DNA from: an uncultured Candidatus Saccharibacteria bacterium
Lineage (GTDB): Bacteria; Patescibacteriota; Minisyncoccia; 2-02-FULL-40-12; GWA2-44-9
Assembly: GCA_964513645.1 (NCBI GenBank)
Contig: CAZENF010000002.1
Coordinates: 142,072-206,071, forward strand
Direction: 5' to 3'
Length of the DNA: 64,000 nt
Position 1 is the first letter of the stretch, and each line of letters begins with the position of its first letter. The notes below the pieces were generated by a model. The model was not told the DNA's origin, did not search any database, and worked only from the letters and a program-made list of their open reading frames with translations. Position numbers and translations under genes: made by a program. Of this stretch, positions 27,927 through 38,275 are shown in pieces.

Positions 27927-30386
27927 TTATTTTAGAGAAGTTAGAAGTGTTTTAATTTGTTCAAATTCATTCTTAGCCGCATCAACCTGATACTTTGTTG
28001 CGGAATCATTAATAGCAAGTTCGTCAACTATCTTTCTGGCCATGTTCAATATACGCTGAGCTTCGGTAGATAATTGGGCAGCCTTCTGGCTATCATTAGC
28101 AGCTTTAGCCGATCTAATACCCGTGGTCAGGTTTTTTATATTATCCAGATACTTATCAAGGGGTTTTATCTTTTCATCGATAAAGGCGTCATTTCGCACT
28201 TTAAAGAATAAGGTGTTTAAGGCCTCCACTTTTTCCGCGGAAGCTTTAGGATGAGATATTATTGAACTAATTCTGCCGGGCGTAAGGTTTGCCTCAAGGG
28301 CAGTCTGAAAATCTGAATTAGAAATAGTGTCTTTCGATAGTTCAAGAATGTCCTCGGTACTTAGCTTTCCGGCCGCCTTTTTCAGGGCCTGGTCGTAAGT
28401 ATCGTTACCAAGAAGCTGCAAGGATTCTTTGGCTTTAAGAGCGGCGATAATGTTTTTCTTCTGAACTCTCGACAGGAAATTATCTTTCTGGTTAGCTGCC
28501 TGGAACAGATTTGCCGCGTCCTTAAGTTGGTCTGTAGTCATATCGCCGAAGTCCCCTTTTTCCGCCATGACCATAGCCATTTCCTTCTTCATATCTGGCG
28601 TCACCTTGCTATTGTTGAAAATAGATCTTCTTTGGTCAGCCTTGAGTCTCTCCAGATAGTCTTTGGCCTTCTTTACATAGTCTGCTTTGTCTGCTTCAGA
28701 CGTAAATATGGTGGACTGTTCTACAAAAACGTCCTCGGCGCTTTTAACTATATTGCCTTGAGCGTCTTTAATATCAGCAAATTCGCTGTTCTCCGCTCTA
28801 ACATCCGCTATTTTTTGTTTTAATCGAAGGTTGTTTACCTGGTTGTAAAGCATATCCCGGTCTGGCTTGCTTAGATGTTTAAGGTCAACTTTTTCAATCG
28901 CTCTTCTGGCGTTCATAGAACTAGCTCCACCGTATAGGTCGTAGAGTGATAAGACTTGGCCTCCGTTCAGTCCTTGCCGTTCTTCAAGAATTTCGAGAGC
29001 GGCTATCTTCTCATTCTTTGTACCGTTCTGGCTGAGATTCTGAAGTTCGGTTAGGTCTGTTATCTTTTGGACTCTTTGGCGGGCACTTGTTACTGCTTGA
29101 GCCAGGGTCTTATCTGCGGTTTCTTGGGCCCCGAACCTCTGGGCAACTCCTGATTGTAGTCTTTGGGCCCCCTCCTCACCTCCATATATGTAACCTAATC
29201 TTCCTGGTAAACCTTTCTTTTGAATTTCGCCAAGCTTCTCTCCCATAGCGCCGGTTACACCGGTTCTTCTGCCGATGTACTGGCCGAAGCCGATTGGTGC
29301 AGATGCACCCCACCTCGCTACAGCCGCACTTCTGGCCCAAATTCCGCCCGCAACCGCTCCGGCACTCGCGGTTATGGACATTGACCTCGCTATTTTAGCT
29401 CCGCCGATGAAAACTATCCCTACCAGAATGAAGAAAAATAATTGTTGAGCGGTGATGCCCAAGGTATCAATAAGGGGCCGGGTCGGATCTGTTCCGAAAT
29501 TTGCAGCGACCCTTTGTTGTTGTGCCAGCATGTAAGAACCGAAGTATATAATGAAAAGATATAACGGCATAAAAATATTCCAGCCGATGAACTCACGCCA
29601 CCAGTTATGCCACACCTTCCGGGTCGTAGGCAGAATAAAACCTATCCAGGCGATGGGAGAAGCGATAAGAAGCGCCCAAAGTATCGGTATCCGGACAATG
29701 GAGAAAAAGAAAAGCACCATCATACTGAAAAATATTATGGATAGTAATATCATTTTGGCGAAAGCGGCCATGGTGCTATCCCAACCGGTCTGGGTTATGG
29801 CCGGACTATTCTTCAAACTGTTCGTAAATGTATCGGCAAGAGCCGTGCCTTGAGCGACTCTGTTACCGATATCGCCGATAGAGGTCAGAAACACATTACT
29901 TAAAGACTGGGACCAGTCGATGATAATATTACCGATAACTAAACTGAAATTTATTAACAACACAACAATGAGAAATTTAACTATTAAAGAACTGAAATTA
30001 TATCCGCCGACATTAAATATCGTCCCGAAGGCCATTATTATCAGAGCAATAATGAAGAACATATTTGCAAAATCTCTGACTGTCGCCCACAAATCCCTTA
30101 CGACCGGAGCATTGGCTATCCCATAGCTTAGTACAGCAGTTGTGCCGGTTGACAAAAGACCGGTCCCATTGGCCAGGACGCCGTTCAAAAAGTTAATGAA
30201 CTGCTCTATGATACCTGTCCCGCAGCCCACGTCTGTTACCAGACAAAATGCGGCCGTAGCAACGGCACCTGGTACGCTTGCTCTTGCTTGGTATAAAGGT
30301 ACGGACGTGCTTAAAATCAAAACCATCAGGACTATCAGACCCATTTTGAGGCTAACTCTGTTTTTATCTTCTAAAATTTTAAACAT
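27927..30386 (-). CDS. VirB6/TrbL-like polytopic membrane protein with long helical tail
   Basis: WATVRDFANMFFI, LLINFS, RIPILWALLIASPIAW..LP.T..W..WW. Confidence 0.75.
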   Translation of the reverse strand: MFKILEDKNRVSLKMGLIVLMVLILSTSVPLYQARASVPGAVATAAFCLVTDVGCGTGIIEQFINFLNGVLANGTGLLSTGTTAVLSYGIANAPVVRDLWATVRDFANMFFIIALIIMAFGTIFNVGGYNFSSLIVKFLIVVLLINFSLVIGNIIIDWSQSLSNVFLTSIGDIGNRVAQGTALADTFTNSLKNSPAITQTGWDSTMAAFAKMILLSIIFFSMMVLFFFSIVRIPILWALLIASPIAWIGFILPTTRKVWHNWWREFIGWNIFMPLYLFIIYFGSYMLAQQQRVAANFGTDPTRPLIDTLGITAQQLFFFILVGIVFIGGAKIARSMSITASAGAVAGGIWARSAAVARWGASAPIGFGQYIGRRTGVTGAMGEKLGEIQKKGLPGRLGYIYGGEEGAQRLQSGVAQRFGAQETADKTLAQAVTSARQRVQKITDLTELQNLSQNGTKNEKIAALEILEERQGLNGGQVLSLYDLYGGASSMNARRAIEKVDLKHLSKPDRDMLYNQVNNLRLKQKIADVRAENSEFADIKDAQGNIVKSAEDVFVEQSTIFTSEADKADYVKKAKDYLERLKADQRRSIFNNSKVTPDMKKEMAMVMAEKGDFGDMTTDQLKDAANLFQAANQKDNFLSRVQKKNIIAALKAKESLQLLGNDTYDQALKKAAGKLSTEDILELSKDTISNSDFQTALEANLTPGRISSIISHPKASAEKVEALNTLFFKVRNDAFIDEKIKPLDKYLDNIKNLTTGIRSAKAANDSQKAAQLSTEAQRILNMARKIVDELAINDSATKYQVDAAKNEFEQIKTLLTSLK

Positions 30387-30397
30387 TCTTTTTAAGA

Positions 30398-32164
30398 TCA
30401 AGGACAAATATAGCCTTGAATGCCGTCTGATGCTGCGTTTGGAGCGTTTTCACAAGTTGAAGACAGGGTCGAGTAATGATCTATCCCTGCAGCGTTTGAA
30501 CTCGGGACATAGCATCGATAGATCGGGGTATTAGCATTTAACATCGGGCTTGAAACAAGATATCCTATCACACCCTCATCACCATACGTTCCGCATGGAT
30601 TAGGGCCACTGGCCAGCATATGGTCTCCGTTTAAGAAACATGAATGAAGTTCTTGTGTATATCCGGGGACCGTAGCTGAAAGGACGATAAACGAAGGCCC
30701 ATCATATGAATAACCCAGCGGAGGAGGGTTTAATATCGGGTCTGGATGCTGGTAATGGTCTGGGCCGTTATAGTATCTTTGTATCGTCTCATTACAGGTA
30801 AAACTTGATGGCGGTGTGGGGATGGGAGTTGGAACTGGTGTTGGTGTCGGCGTCTGTCCTACTGGTGTTGGTGTCGGAGTTCCTCCGGGCGGAACTGTTG
30901 GCATTACTGTTGAGCAAGGTGTTGAAGCGGTCGATACTCCAACTGAAACAGGATAAGGTTTCGGGTTACCTGGGTCTTCAGGAGGATAAGGCAGACCGCC
31001 GGGCCCGGTCGGGGTTGTCGGACAAGGTATCTCCGGATTCGGTACATCAGGAGGATAAGGTTCAGGTTTATAGGGTTCCTGTTGGCGTTCGTCAGGTGCG
31101 GCAAGGTTAAGAACGCGGCTCATCAGTGTCGAAGTAAGGTCGGAAATTATACCCTGAAGAGAGTTGACGTTAGTTAACCAGGCAAGTTCTTCTTGAACAA
31201 CCGAAACTGCAGTTCCTTGAAGTGCGCTGCCGGGAGTTAAGATATTTTTAAAAACAATGCAGGAGCCGTTCGAGGCCCGTAAAAGACAACTGTCTTCAGG
31301 ACCATAACCGGTTCTCGAAGTAAAACCAAGGCCTGATACTGCTTGGTTCACGTCGCTACCTGACTCTAAAGCTCTTTGAGCCTGAAGTTCAGCCATCGAT
31401 AAAAGCATAGAGCCGTAATAGTTATTTTGAGGTTCGGCAAGGCGGGATAAAGTATTCCAGCCCCCGTTACCGGCAAAATTATTACGATAATTGCCCATTG
31501 AAAAATTGGCACCCATCGTACATCCGGCTCTTAAATTGAACGGATCAAGGTTACCTGTTCTTGTCAGGGGTCCACCATAGAAATTAAGGTTGGGCTGGTT
31601 ATTAGCATTAAAAACATTTTTCAGATCTCCGGAAAAAAAGGAACAAAGATTGGTTCCGCCAAGGATTGAACGGAAAAGGTTCTCACCTCGGTGTTCGGCG
31701 TCTATCTGAAAATTTCGCCAACTTCTGACAAAGGCTGGTCCTCCGTTCCGGCCGCTGGTTCTGACCGCACCTATCATTCTACCCGTCATCCCGTTCATTA
31801 TTTGTCTGGCAAAGCAGCGGCCGACCACATCGCCATAATTTTTAGCGCCTTCCAGGACCGCATTCATAGTCGGTACGTTTTGGGTGAACAGGTTAAAAAT
31901 ACCGAGCCAGTTAAAAACGTTACTAAGGGTACTACTTAAATTAGAAAGGATCTGTACGCCGGTATAAAGTTTGTTAATCACCCATTGGGCCAAAATTCCG
32001 CCGACCGAACAAGACACTCCTCCGATAAGAACGTCGGTAAAACTGACCTGCGCCTGGGGCGGAGGGGCTGATTGGGCATAGGCGTCCGGAATGAAGCTTA
32101 AGCTCGGCAGGATTACAGCCAGAATGGTTATAGATACTGTAAATATTTTAAAACTTCTGAACAT
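30398..32164 (-). CDS. Exported hypothetical protein of the T4SS-like cluster
   Basis: Signal peptide ending AYAQ; PT-rich linker; Cys-containing C-terminal domain. Confidence 0.7.
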   Translation of the reverse strand: MFRSFKIFTVSITILAVILPSLSFIPDAYAQSAPPPQAQVSFTDVLIGGVSCSVGGILAQWVINKLYTGVQILSNLSSTLSNVFNWLGIFNLFTQNVPTMNAVLEGAKNYGDVVGRCFARQIMNGMTGRMIGAVRTSGRNGGPAFVRSWRNFQIDAEHRGENLFRSILGGTNLCSFFSGDLKNVFNANNQPNLNFYGGPLTRTGNLDPFNLRAGCTMGANFSMGNYRNNFAGNGGWNTLSRLAEPQNNYYGSMLLSMAELQAQRALESGSDVNQAVSGLGFTSRTGYGPEDSCLLRASNGSCIVFKNILTPGSALQGTAVSVVQEELAWLTNVNSLQGIISDLTSTLMSRVLNLAAPDERQQEPYKPEPYPPDVPNPEIPCPTTPTGPGGLPYPPEDPGNPKPYPVSVGVSTASTPCSTVMPTVPPGGTPTPTPVGQTPTPTPVPTPIPTPPSSFTCNETIQRYYNGPDHYQHPDPILNPPPLGYSYDGPSFIVLSATVPGYTQELHSCFLNGDHMLASGPNPCGTYGDEGVIGYLVSSPMLNANTPIYRCYVPSSNAAGIDHYSTLSSTCENAPNAASDGIQGYICP

Positions 32165-33070
32165 TTATTTTGGAAAATTAAAAACAAGACCTTCTGTCTG
32201 GACTTTATCGGCATAAGCTTTTATCGCTTGAGGGATGTTATCAGAAACTTTAGACAAAAAGCTGAAGGCAATGGCGGCTTTTATGGTGTCATCATTCGCT
32301 TCCGAAAGGGCTTTGTTTATTATTATCATTTCGGAGATTAATTGATAAAAACTGACATGAGCGTCTTTCCATTCGGTAGGCACCTTTGCTTGAGCCAAAG
32401 AATCGGCTATTTTTTGGAACTCATCTCTTTTTGATTTGAAGTAAGAAATGTATTCTTCATTTACGAACCCTCCGTTATTTGTGGCTTCTATCTTGTTACC
32501 CATATTTTTTATCTCATCAACGAACAAGTCCATGAATGATTTCCAGGTCTTAGTTGAGTAATCCACATATTGTTGTTGGCTTTCTTTTGAAGAATCTACG
32601 ATCGTGATTTGGGGAGGATTTGAAGGTGCCAAGTCTTTTATCCCGTCGCTTAACAGTGAGTCGGTTAGGTCGCTTAAGGATGAACCATAGTTTTTACTGT
32701 CCGGCTGGAGAGAGCCCTCGGCTAATCCTCCGATGAGCAGATTCGCCGCTTTACTAGTCAGGTTGTTGTTCAAAAGAAGGTCGTTGGGACCCGGTATCAT
32801 CGGGTCATGGCCCGAGGCAACCTCTTCTCCATCAAGATATCCGTCACCGTCGCTGTCAGGATTGGTATAATCAGTACCCCAATATGATTCTTGTGAATCG
32901 GTCAGACCATCATGATCAGTATCTTGGTTCGGGTCAACCGGGGCGATAGACGAGACAGGGTTGCTGATATTGGCAAGTTGAATACCTCTGAAAGATTCAA
33001 AAAAAGAAAAAACAAAAACAACGGCTAAAACAGCCAAGAGGCCGATGGATATTTTTATTTTTGTTGTCAT
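32165..33070 (-). CDS. Membrane-anchored protein with DxDxDG Ca-binding repeats
   Basis: DTDHDGLTD..E..GTD..NPDSDGDGYLDGEEV. Confidence 0.8.
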   Translation of the reverse strand: MTTKIKISIGLLAVLAVVFVFSFFESFRGIQLANISNPVSSIAPVDPNQDTDHDGLTDSQESYWGTDYTNPDSDGDGYLDGEEVASGHDPMIPGPNDLLLNNNLTSKAANLLIGGLAEGSLQPDSKNYGSSLSDLTDSLLSDGIKDLAPSNPPQITIVDSSKESQQQYVDYSTKTWKSFMDLFVDEIKNMGNKIEATNNGGFVNEEYISYFKSKRDEFQKIADSLAQAKVPTEWKDAHVSFYQLISEMIIINKALSEANDDTIKAAIAFSFLSKVSDNIPQAIKAYADKVQTEGLVFNFPK

Positions 33071-33175
33071 AACAAACCAGCCGTAACAAAATTATCGGTT
33101 GGCTGGACACATTAATTATAGTATATAAAAATCCAGTAAAATACTGGTTAACTGTGCATATCTACAGTGAATGAT

Positions 33176-34984
33176 TTAAGGCCAGGGGAAGGAGGGATAT
33201 TTCGATTTAAGTTCGGTAAGCACGCTTTGGGGAACGCTGTTAGGACTCGTCCCGATCAGGCGTATAACTTTGTAAATATCGATTCCGAACTGGTCTTTTT
33301 TGCCGGAGACCTTACAGTCGAATCTGAAATCGTCAAAACATACTCCCGAGTAGGGTGCACCGTAAGTTATTACGCCGACTGCGCATGGAAGTAAGTCCCC
33401 TGTCTGGGTAGGAGGTATGTGGATGATTATTTTACCGAGCTCGTCATTGATGGCCGGCAATGGAAAAGGTGTAAAGCCAAGACCAAGAGCCCAAGGACCC
33501 TGTTGGTTTTCCTTATTATTGCGGTATTTTTGAGTTATAAATGGAAACTCTATTACTTTGCCATTGCTTGGTGTTGGCGGGCCGACCTCAATTGCGCTTC
33601 CGATAAGAGGAATGGTCACTGGACCCCCCAGCGGTACTGAATAGCAAACCCCGAAGAAGCAGAAGGTCGGTTGTTCCCAGAATGCATGAAATTTAAAATC
33701 ACAGGCCCGTTCGCTTGATAATATCGGACCGCCGAACGGAAACTGATGAGGGATATAATCTAATACTTGCGTTGTGCGTCTTATGGTCGTGATTATGTCA
33801 AAAACCTTTTTGACAATACAGATAATTCGTCCCCACCAGGCCAGTGAACAAGACGGAAAAACTGTACCTGTCCCGCCGGTTGGAAGTTCGCCCCAGTTCG
33901 GAGTTATATCGGTACTGGGCAGGTTTTGGGCAAAAGAAGTTTTAACCGAAAGCATGGAAACTAAATTCTTAAATATATTGTTAAGGAATTTGAAAATGCT
34001 GTCTAACCAACTATCTGATGGAATTTTTTGTTGTTCGGTGGTGCCGGTTGAGTTTTGAAAAGTTTGGACCGGTGACGGAGAAATATTTAAGATTTGTTCA
34101 ATTTGTTCCCGAGAAGGAATGTTTGAGGGTGATAACTTAGTTGTTTCTCGGACCGGCGTCGGAGTTATAATGCCGGGAGTTTTTTTGGATTGAGTGGAGG
34201 AAACCGGAGAAATTGGAGGAGAAGGAATAATGCAATAACCGTCTTTGGCGTATGACCCGGAACCATGTATGGATTGGCAGATTTGGTCGGCCTGGACACA
34301 TTGACCCTGATTCAGAAAATAACCCTGGGCGCACACACAGAGGTCAAGGTCAAATTCATAAGAGGAATACTTACCGTAGTATATCGGGCAGAAAACAGCT
34401 TTTAACAACGGTATGGATAGTTTTCCGGTGGGTGTAAAATCCGGTCGGCCTTGTGCTACTAAACATTGATGGTATTCAGCGTCAGCCGCCGCATAGTCCG
34501 TCATTTGCTGGCGGCATTGATCCGTCTCCAGTTTTCCAAGCTCTGAATTAGAAACACTCCCAAGATATTTCAGGAGATTAGTATAGGATTGTGCGGTAGT
34601 GCAGCCAAGCTCACTCGGAGGATAGCAGGCGCTTTTTAAAATAAAATCAGAATCTTGGTCGGCTTTTTGAAGTATTTGATCCTGGCATTCAGGAATGCCG
34701 TAGATAAAAGGAAAATTCTTGTCTAAGGTACCGTCTTTACAGACCACTGACCCCTCCTGATTAATGACGGAGCAATCCACTCCTCCATGACCGGAACATA
34801 TCTTTGCAAAAAACTCTTTGTTATATTCAGCTCTGGCTGCGGCGTCAGGTGTGGCAAAAGGAAGAGGAGAAGGGCTCGGAGCACCGGCCCCGGCGGTTAT
34901 AGCGCTTGCAAAATTATTCAATACGAAAAGAGTGGAGCAAAACAAGATAAATACCCCCGCTGTTATTTTTAGTTTTCGAGCCAT
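33176..34984 (-). CDS. Exported Cys-rich hypothetical protein
   Basis: Signal peptide; CSGHGGVDC; EGF-like CVCAQGY; Pro/Ser/Thr linker. Confidence 0.7.
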   Translation of the reverse strand: MARKLKITAGVFILFCSTLFVLNNFASAITAGAGAPSPSPLPFATPDAAARAEYNKEFFAKICSGHGGVDCSVINQEGSVVCKDGTLDKNFPFIYGIPECQDQILQKADQDSDFILKSACYPPSELGCTTAQSYTNLLKYLGSVSNSELGKLETDQCRQQMTDYAAADAEYHQCLVAQGRPDFTPTGKLSIPLLKAVFCPIYYGKYSSYEFDLDLCVCAQGYFLNQGQCVQADQICQSIHGSGSYAKDGYCIIPSPPISPVSSTQSKKTPGIITPTPVRETTKLSPSNIPSREQIEQILNISPSPVQTFQNSTGTTEQQKIPSDSWLDSIFKFLNNIFKNLVSMLSVKTSFAQNLPSTDITPNWGELPTGGTGTVFPSCSLAWWGRIICIVKKVFDIITTIRRTTQVLDYIPHQFPFGGPILSSERACDFKFHAFWEQPTFCFFGVCYSVPLGGPVTIPLIGSAIEVGPPTPSNGKVIEFPFITQKYRNNKENQQGPWALGLGFTPFPLPAINDELGKIIIHIPPTQTGDLLPCAVGVITYGAPYSGVCFDDFRFDCKVSGKKDQFGIDIYKVIRLIGTSPNSVPQSVLTELKSKYPSFPWP

Positions 34985-35010
34985 TTAATAATTATAGAAC
35001 ATCGGACAAA

Positions 35011-35790
35011 TTACCTGAAGAGCAGGTCTGACAGTCTCTGCCAATCTTCAATTGAGAGATTTTCCGGCCGGGCTTGGATTTCAATGCCGGCTTTTTGAAG
35101 AGAGCTCGCTATCCCTTCTTTGGATTGACCAAGTTTTTTGGCAAGCGTGCCGGCAAGCTGTTTTCTTTTTTCTGAAAATCCCATTTTCATAAGATTGAAT
35201 AATTTAGTATTTCGGATAGCCGGTTTAGGGGTTAATTTTATAATTGCAGAATCCACTTTTGGCACCGGCCGGAAATTATTTTTTGATACAAATCCGATTA
35301 TTTCGGGCTCGGTATAATATTGGACAGACAAAGCCAGCAAGTTCATGTGAGGCGGCTTGGCAACTATCCTTTGGGCGACTTCTTTTTGGATCATTAATAG
35401 TATCAATTTTGTTTGAGGCCACTCTTCAAGTATTTTCCGGATAAGGTTTGAAGTAATATAGTAGGGTATGTTGGCGACTATTTTGTATCTCTTTTCCTGT
35501 AGGCCGTAATGGACCGGTTTTATTTTAAGGACGTCGTCTTCGGATATCTCTACGTTCGGAGAATTTTTAAAATTTTCTTTAAGCATACTCACCAGGTGCC
35601 GGTCTTTTTCGACCGCGATTATCTGGCTTGCCTTTTCAGCAAGTTCTTTGGTTAGATTTCCGGTGCCGGGGCCGATCTCGAGAATGATATCGTCTTTTTT
35701 AATATCGGCCGCAGAAATTATTTTATCCAGGATATGAGGATTGATAAGAAAATTCTGACCGAGGGATTTTTTGGCTGTAACTTTCATCAA
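35011..35790 (-). CDS. rsmA: 16S rRNA dimethyltransferase RsmA/KsgA
   Basis: KKSLGQNFL, LEIGPGTG, VANIPYYITS, FRPVPKVDSA. Confidence 0.97.
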   Translation of the reverse strand: MMKVTAKKSLGQNFLINPHILDKIISAADIKKDDIILEIGPGTGNLTKELAEKASQIIAVEKDRHLVSMLKENFKNSPNVEISEDDVLKIKPVHYGLQEKRYKIVANIPYYITSNLIRKILEEWPQTKLILLMIQKEVAQRIVAKPPHMNLLALSVQYYTEPEIIGFVSKNNFRPVPKVDSAIIKLTPKPAIRNTKLFNLMKMGFSEKRKQLAGTLAKKLGQSKEGIASSLQKAGIEIQARPENLSIEDWQRLSDLLFR

Positions 35791-37787
35791 TAAAAAACTT
35801 TTTCATCGCCGTCATCATAATTAATATCAAGCGACTGAAAGTCAATTAATTTTTCAGGTATTTCGCCGATAAAACGCGAAGGCAGGGTTATTGAATGTGA
35901 ACCGAAAATACTTCGATACTTGGCAAAGGTCAGGATAAGGTGTTCTTTGGCTCGGGTAGTGGCGACATAACACAGCCGGCGTTCCTCTTCGAGTTCGACC
36001 GGATTTACAATTGTCCGGTTGTGCGGGAAAAGACCCTCTTCCATACCCACAATGAAAACCACTGGAAATTCAAGACCCTTAGAAGCGTGAATGGTCATCA
36101 GAGTTATTTTGTTCGGGTCGTCTCTTAGCTTATCCGTATACTGGATGAGGGTTACTTCCTCTAAGAATCTTTCTATCCCCTCTCTTCCCGGCAGTACGTC
36201 GTATTTTGCGGCAACTGTCTGAAGTTCTTTTATATTTTCGAGGCGGTCTTCAAAGTTTTCGTAATCACCGGTTTTGGTTGTACTGAATTCTTTTAAATAA
36301 TCCTCGTAGTTTATTTTTTTGACGATGTGTTTGATCGTTTCACGTAGGTTCTTTTTGTCTGGCACGCCGGTAAGTTCGCTAAGGGTTCTATGAAATTCGG
36401 AAACCGCGTTCAATTGTCTCGGCGGTAAGGCCTTGTTGTCTATAATTCGGGCCATTGAGATAAGGATGTTTTCGTCTTTGTTGTCTCTTAGTTTCTCAAC
36501 CAGAGATTTGCCTATGCCTCGGGCAGGAACGTTATATATTCTGTCGAGGGCCAATGAGTCGGCCGGATTAACGATAAGTTTAAGATATGCGAGAAGGTCT
36601 TTAATTTCCTTCCGGTCATAGAACTTAAGTCCGCCGATTATCTGATAAGGGAATCCGCGGGTTATCATCGCTTCTTCAACCGCACGGGACTGGGCGTGGG
36701 TCCGGTAAAGAACGGCGAAGTCTTTGATCTTATAGCCCTTGGCCGAAAGATCTTCTATTTTGGAAATAACAAAATTTGCCTCATGCCTCTCGTTCATTGT
36801 CTCCGCAACGGTGAGCTTCTCTCCCCCATCGTTATCCGTCCATAAAGATTTGGGTATCTGGTTCCGGTTGTTTGAAATTATTTCCTGGGCTGCAGTAATT
36901 ATGTTCTTAGTCGAGCGGTAGTTCTGTTCAAGGAGGATTATCTTTGCATCGGGATAATCTTTTTGAAAATTTAAAATGTTACGGATATCGGCCCGGCGGA
37001 ACTGGTATATCGACTGGGCGTCATCGCCGATACAAAATAAATTTTTATATTTTCCGGCCAGGAGGCCGATCAAAATATACTGGTCATAACTTGTATCCTG
37101 GTATTCGTCTACCAGGATATATTTCCAGGCTTCCTGATATTTTTTTAGAGTCTCCTCATTTTGGCGGAATATCCTTACCGGCAGAACTATCAGGTCGTCA
37201 AAATCAAGCAGATTGTTTTCTTTCAGAGTTGATTGATACTTTGAATATATCCTTGCGACTATCCCGGATAAAAAATCTTTTGGTTCGTTATTTTCGGGGA
37301 ATATTAATTTTGTCTTCAATTCCGATATTTTGGCCAATATCATGCGAGGATTGAAGCTTTTAATATCAATTTCCGATTCGAGCATGACACGCTTCACGAC
37401 TGCCAATGCCTCATCTTCATCGAGAACGTTAAAATTTCGTCTGTAGCCGAGCTGGGGGATTTCGTTCCTAAGTATTCTAAGGCCGATCGAGTGGAAGGTT
37501 CCGATAAGCGGGAATTTGAAATCCTGGTATCCGAACCTTGTGTCCGGAATTTTTAAACCCAGGAGTTGTCCGATGCGGTCCCTCATTTCCCCCGCGGCTT
37601 TGTTGGTGAAAGTTACGGCCAGAATATTTGAAGGGTTTATTTTCTGGGAGATAAGATAAGCAACCCGGTGGGTCAGACAGCGGGTTTTGCCTGAACCCGG
37701 ACCCGAGATAACTAAAACCGGACCGTCGATTATTTTGACGGCTTCTACCTGTTTTTCGTTCAATTTTTCTAAGATTTTATCCGACAT
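35787..37787 (-). CDS. pcrA: UvrD/PcrA helicase
   Basis: GPGSGKT, TFTNKAA, VDEYQD, GDDAQSIY, NYRST, TIHASKGLEF, EERRLCYVA. Confidence 0.95.
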   Translation of the reverse strand: MSDKILEKLNEKQVEAVKIIDGPVLVISGPGSGKTRCLTHRVAYLISQKINPSNILAVTFTNKAAGEMRDRIGQLLGLKIPDTRFGYQDFKFPLIGTFHSIGLRILRNEIPQLGYRRNFNVLDEDEALAVVKRVMLESEIDIKSFNPRMILAKISELKTKLIFPENNEPKDFLSGIVARIYSKYQSTLKENNLLDFDDLIVLPVRIFRQNEETLKKYQEAWKYILVDEYQDTSYDQYILIGLLAGKYKNLFCIGDDAQSIYQFRRADIRNILNFQKDYPDAKIILLEQNYRSTKNIITAAQEIISNNRNQIPKSLWTDNDGGEKLTVAETMNERHEANFVISKIEDLSAKGYKIKDFAVLYRTHAQSRAVEEAMITRGFPYQIIGGLKFYDRKEIKDLLAYLKLIVNPADSLALDRIYNVPARGIGKSLVEKLRDNKDENILISMARIIDNKALPPRQLNAVSEFHRTLSELTGVPDKKNLRETIKHIVKKINYEDYLKEFSTTKTGDYENFEDRLENIKELQTVAAKYDVLPGREGIERFLEEVTLIQYTDKLRDDPNKITLMTIHASKGLEFPVVFIVGMEEGLFPHNRTIVNPVELEEERRLCYVATTRAKEHLILTFAKYRSIFGSHSITLPSRFIGEIPEKLIDFQSLDINYDDGDEKVFY

Positions 37788-37873
37788 TCGATAGAACTTT
37801 ATCACGGAATTTAAGTTTTGGACAACTTATCGGGACTGTCTCATAGCTGTATTTCTGTGTTATTATTATATTA

Positions 37874-38269
37874 ATGGCCACTATCTTCTTGGAATACTTC
37901 TATTGGCACTACGCTATTGCCCCGACCGAAATTTTGCGGATAATGGGCAATTATCTTAAGGGTGCTCAACATCAGTTCATGATGTCACAGCATTTTAAGA
38001 CGCTTTTTGCTCCATGGCATCGGCAAAATCCTTCTGACCTCGGAAAGCGTGACAGGAATTTTACTGACAAGGTCCTCGACTTCGTCGCCGACATCTATAT
38101 CCGTCTCATTGCAGCTTTTATCCGACTTTTAATCATTCTGACCGGACTTTGCTGGCAATTATTGTTAATACTTAGCTTTGTTGTCTTGCTGGTTATTTGG
38201 CTATCCTGGCCGCTCATTTCGGTATATTCGGTTGTGAACGGGGTAAATCTTCTTTTAACAATGAAATAA
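37874..38269 (+). CDS. Membrane protein upstream of the Clp-like ATPase
   Basis: YFYWHY, KTLFAPW, TM hairpin; 6 bp from the next gene. Confidence 0.75.
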   Translation: MATIFLEYFYWHYAIAPTEILRIMGNYLKGAQHQFMMSQHFKTLFAPWHRQNPSDLGKRDRNFTDKVLDFVADIYIRLIAAFIRLLIILTGLCWQLLLILSFVVLLVIWLSWPLISVYSVVNGVNLLLTMK

Positions 38270-38275
38270 ATTTAT

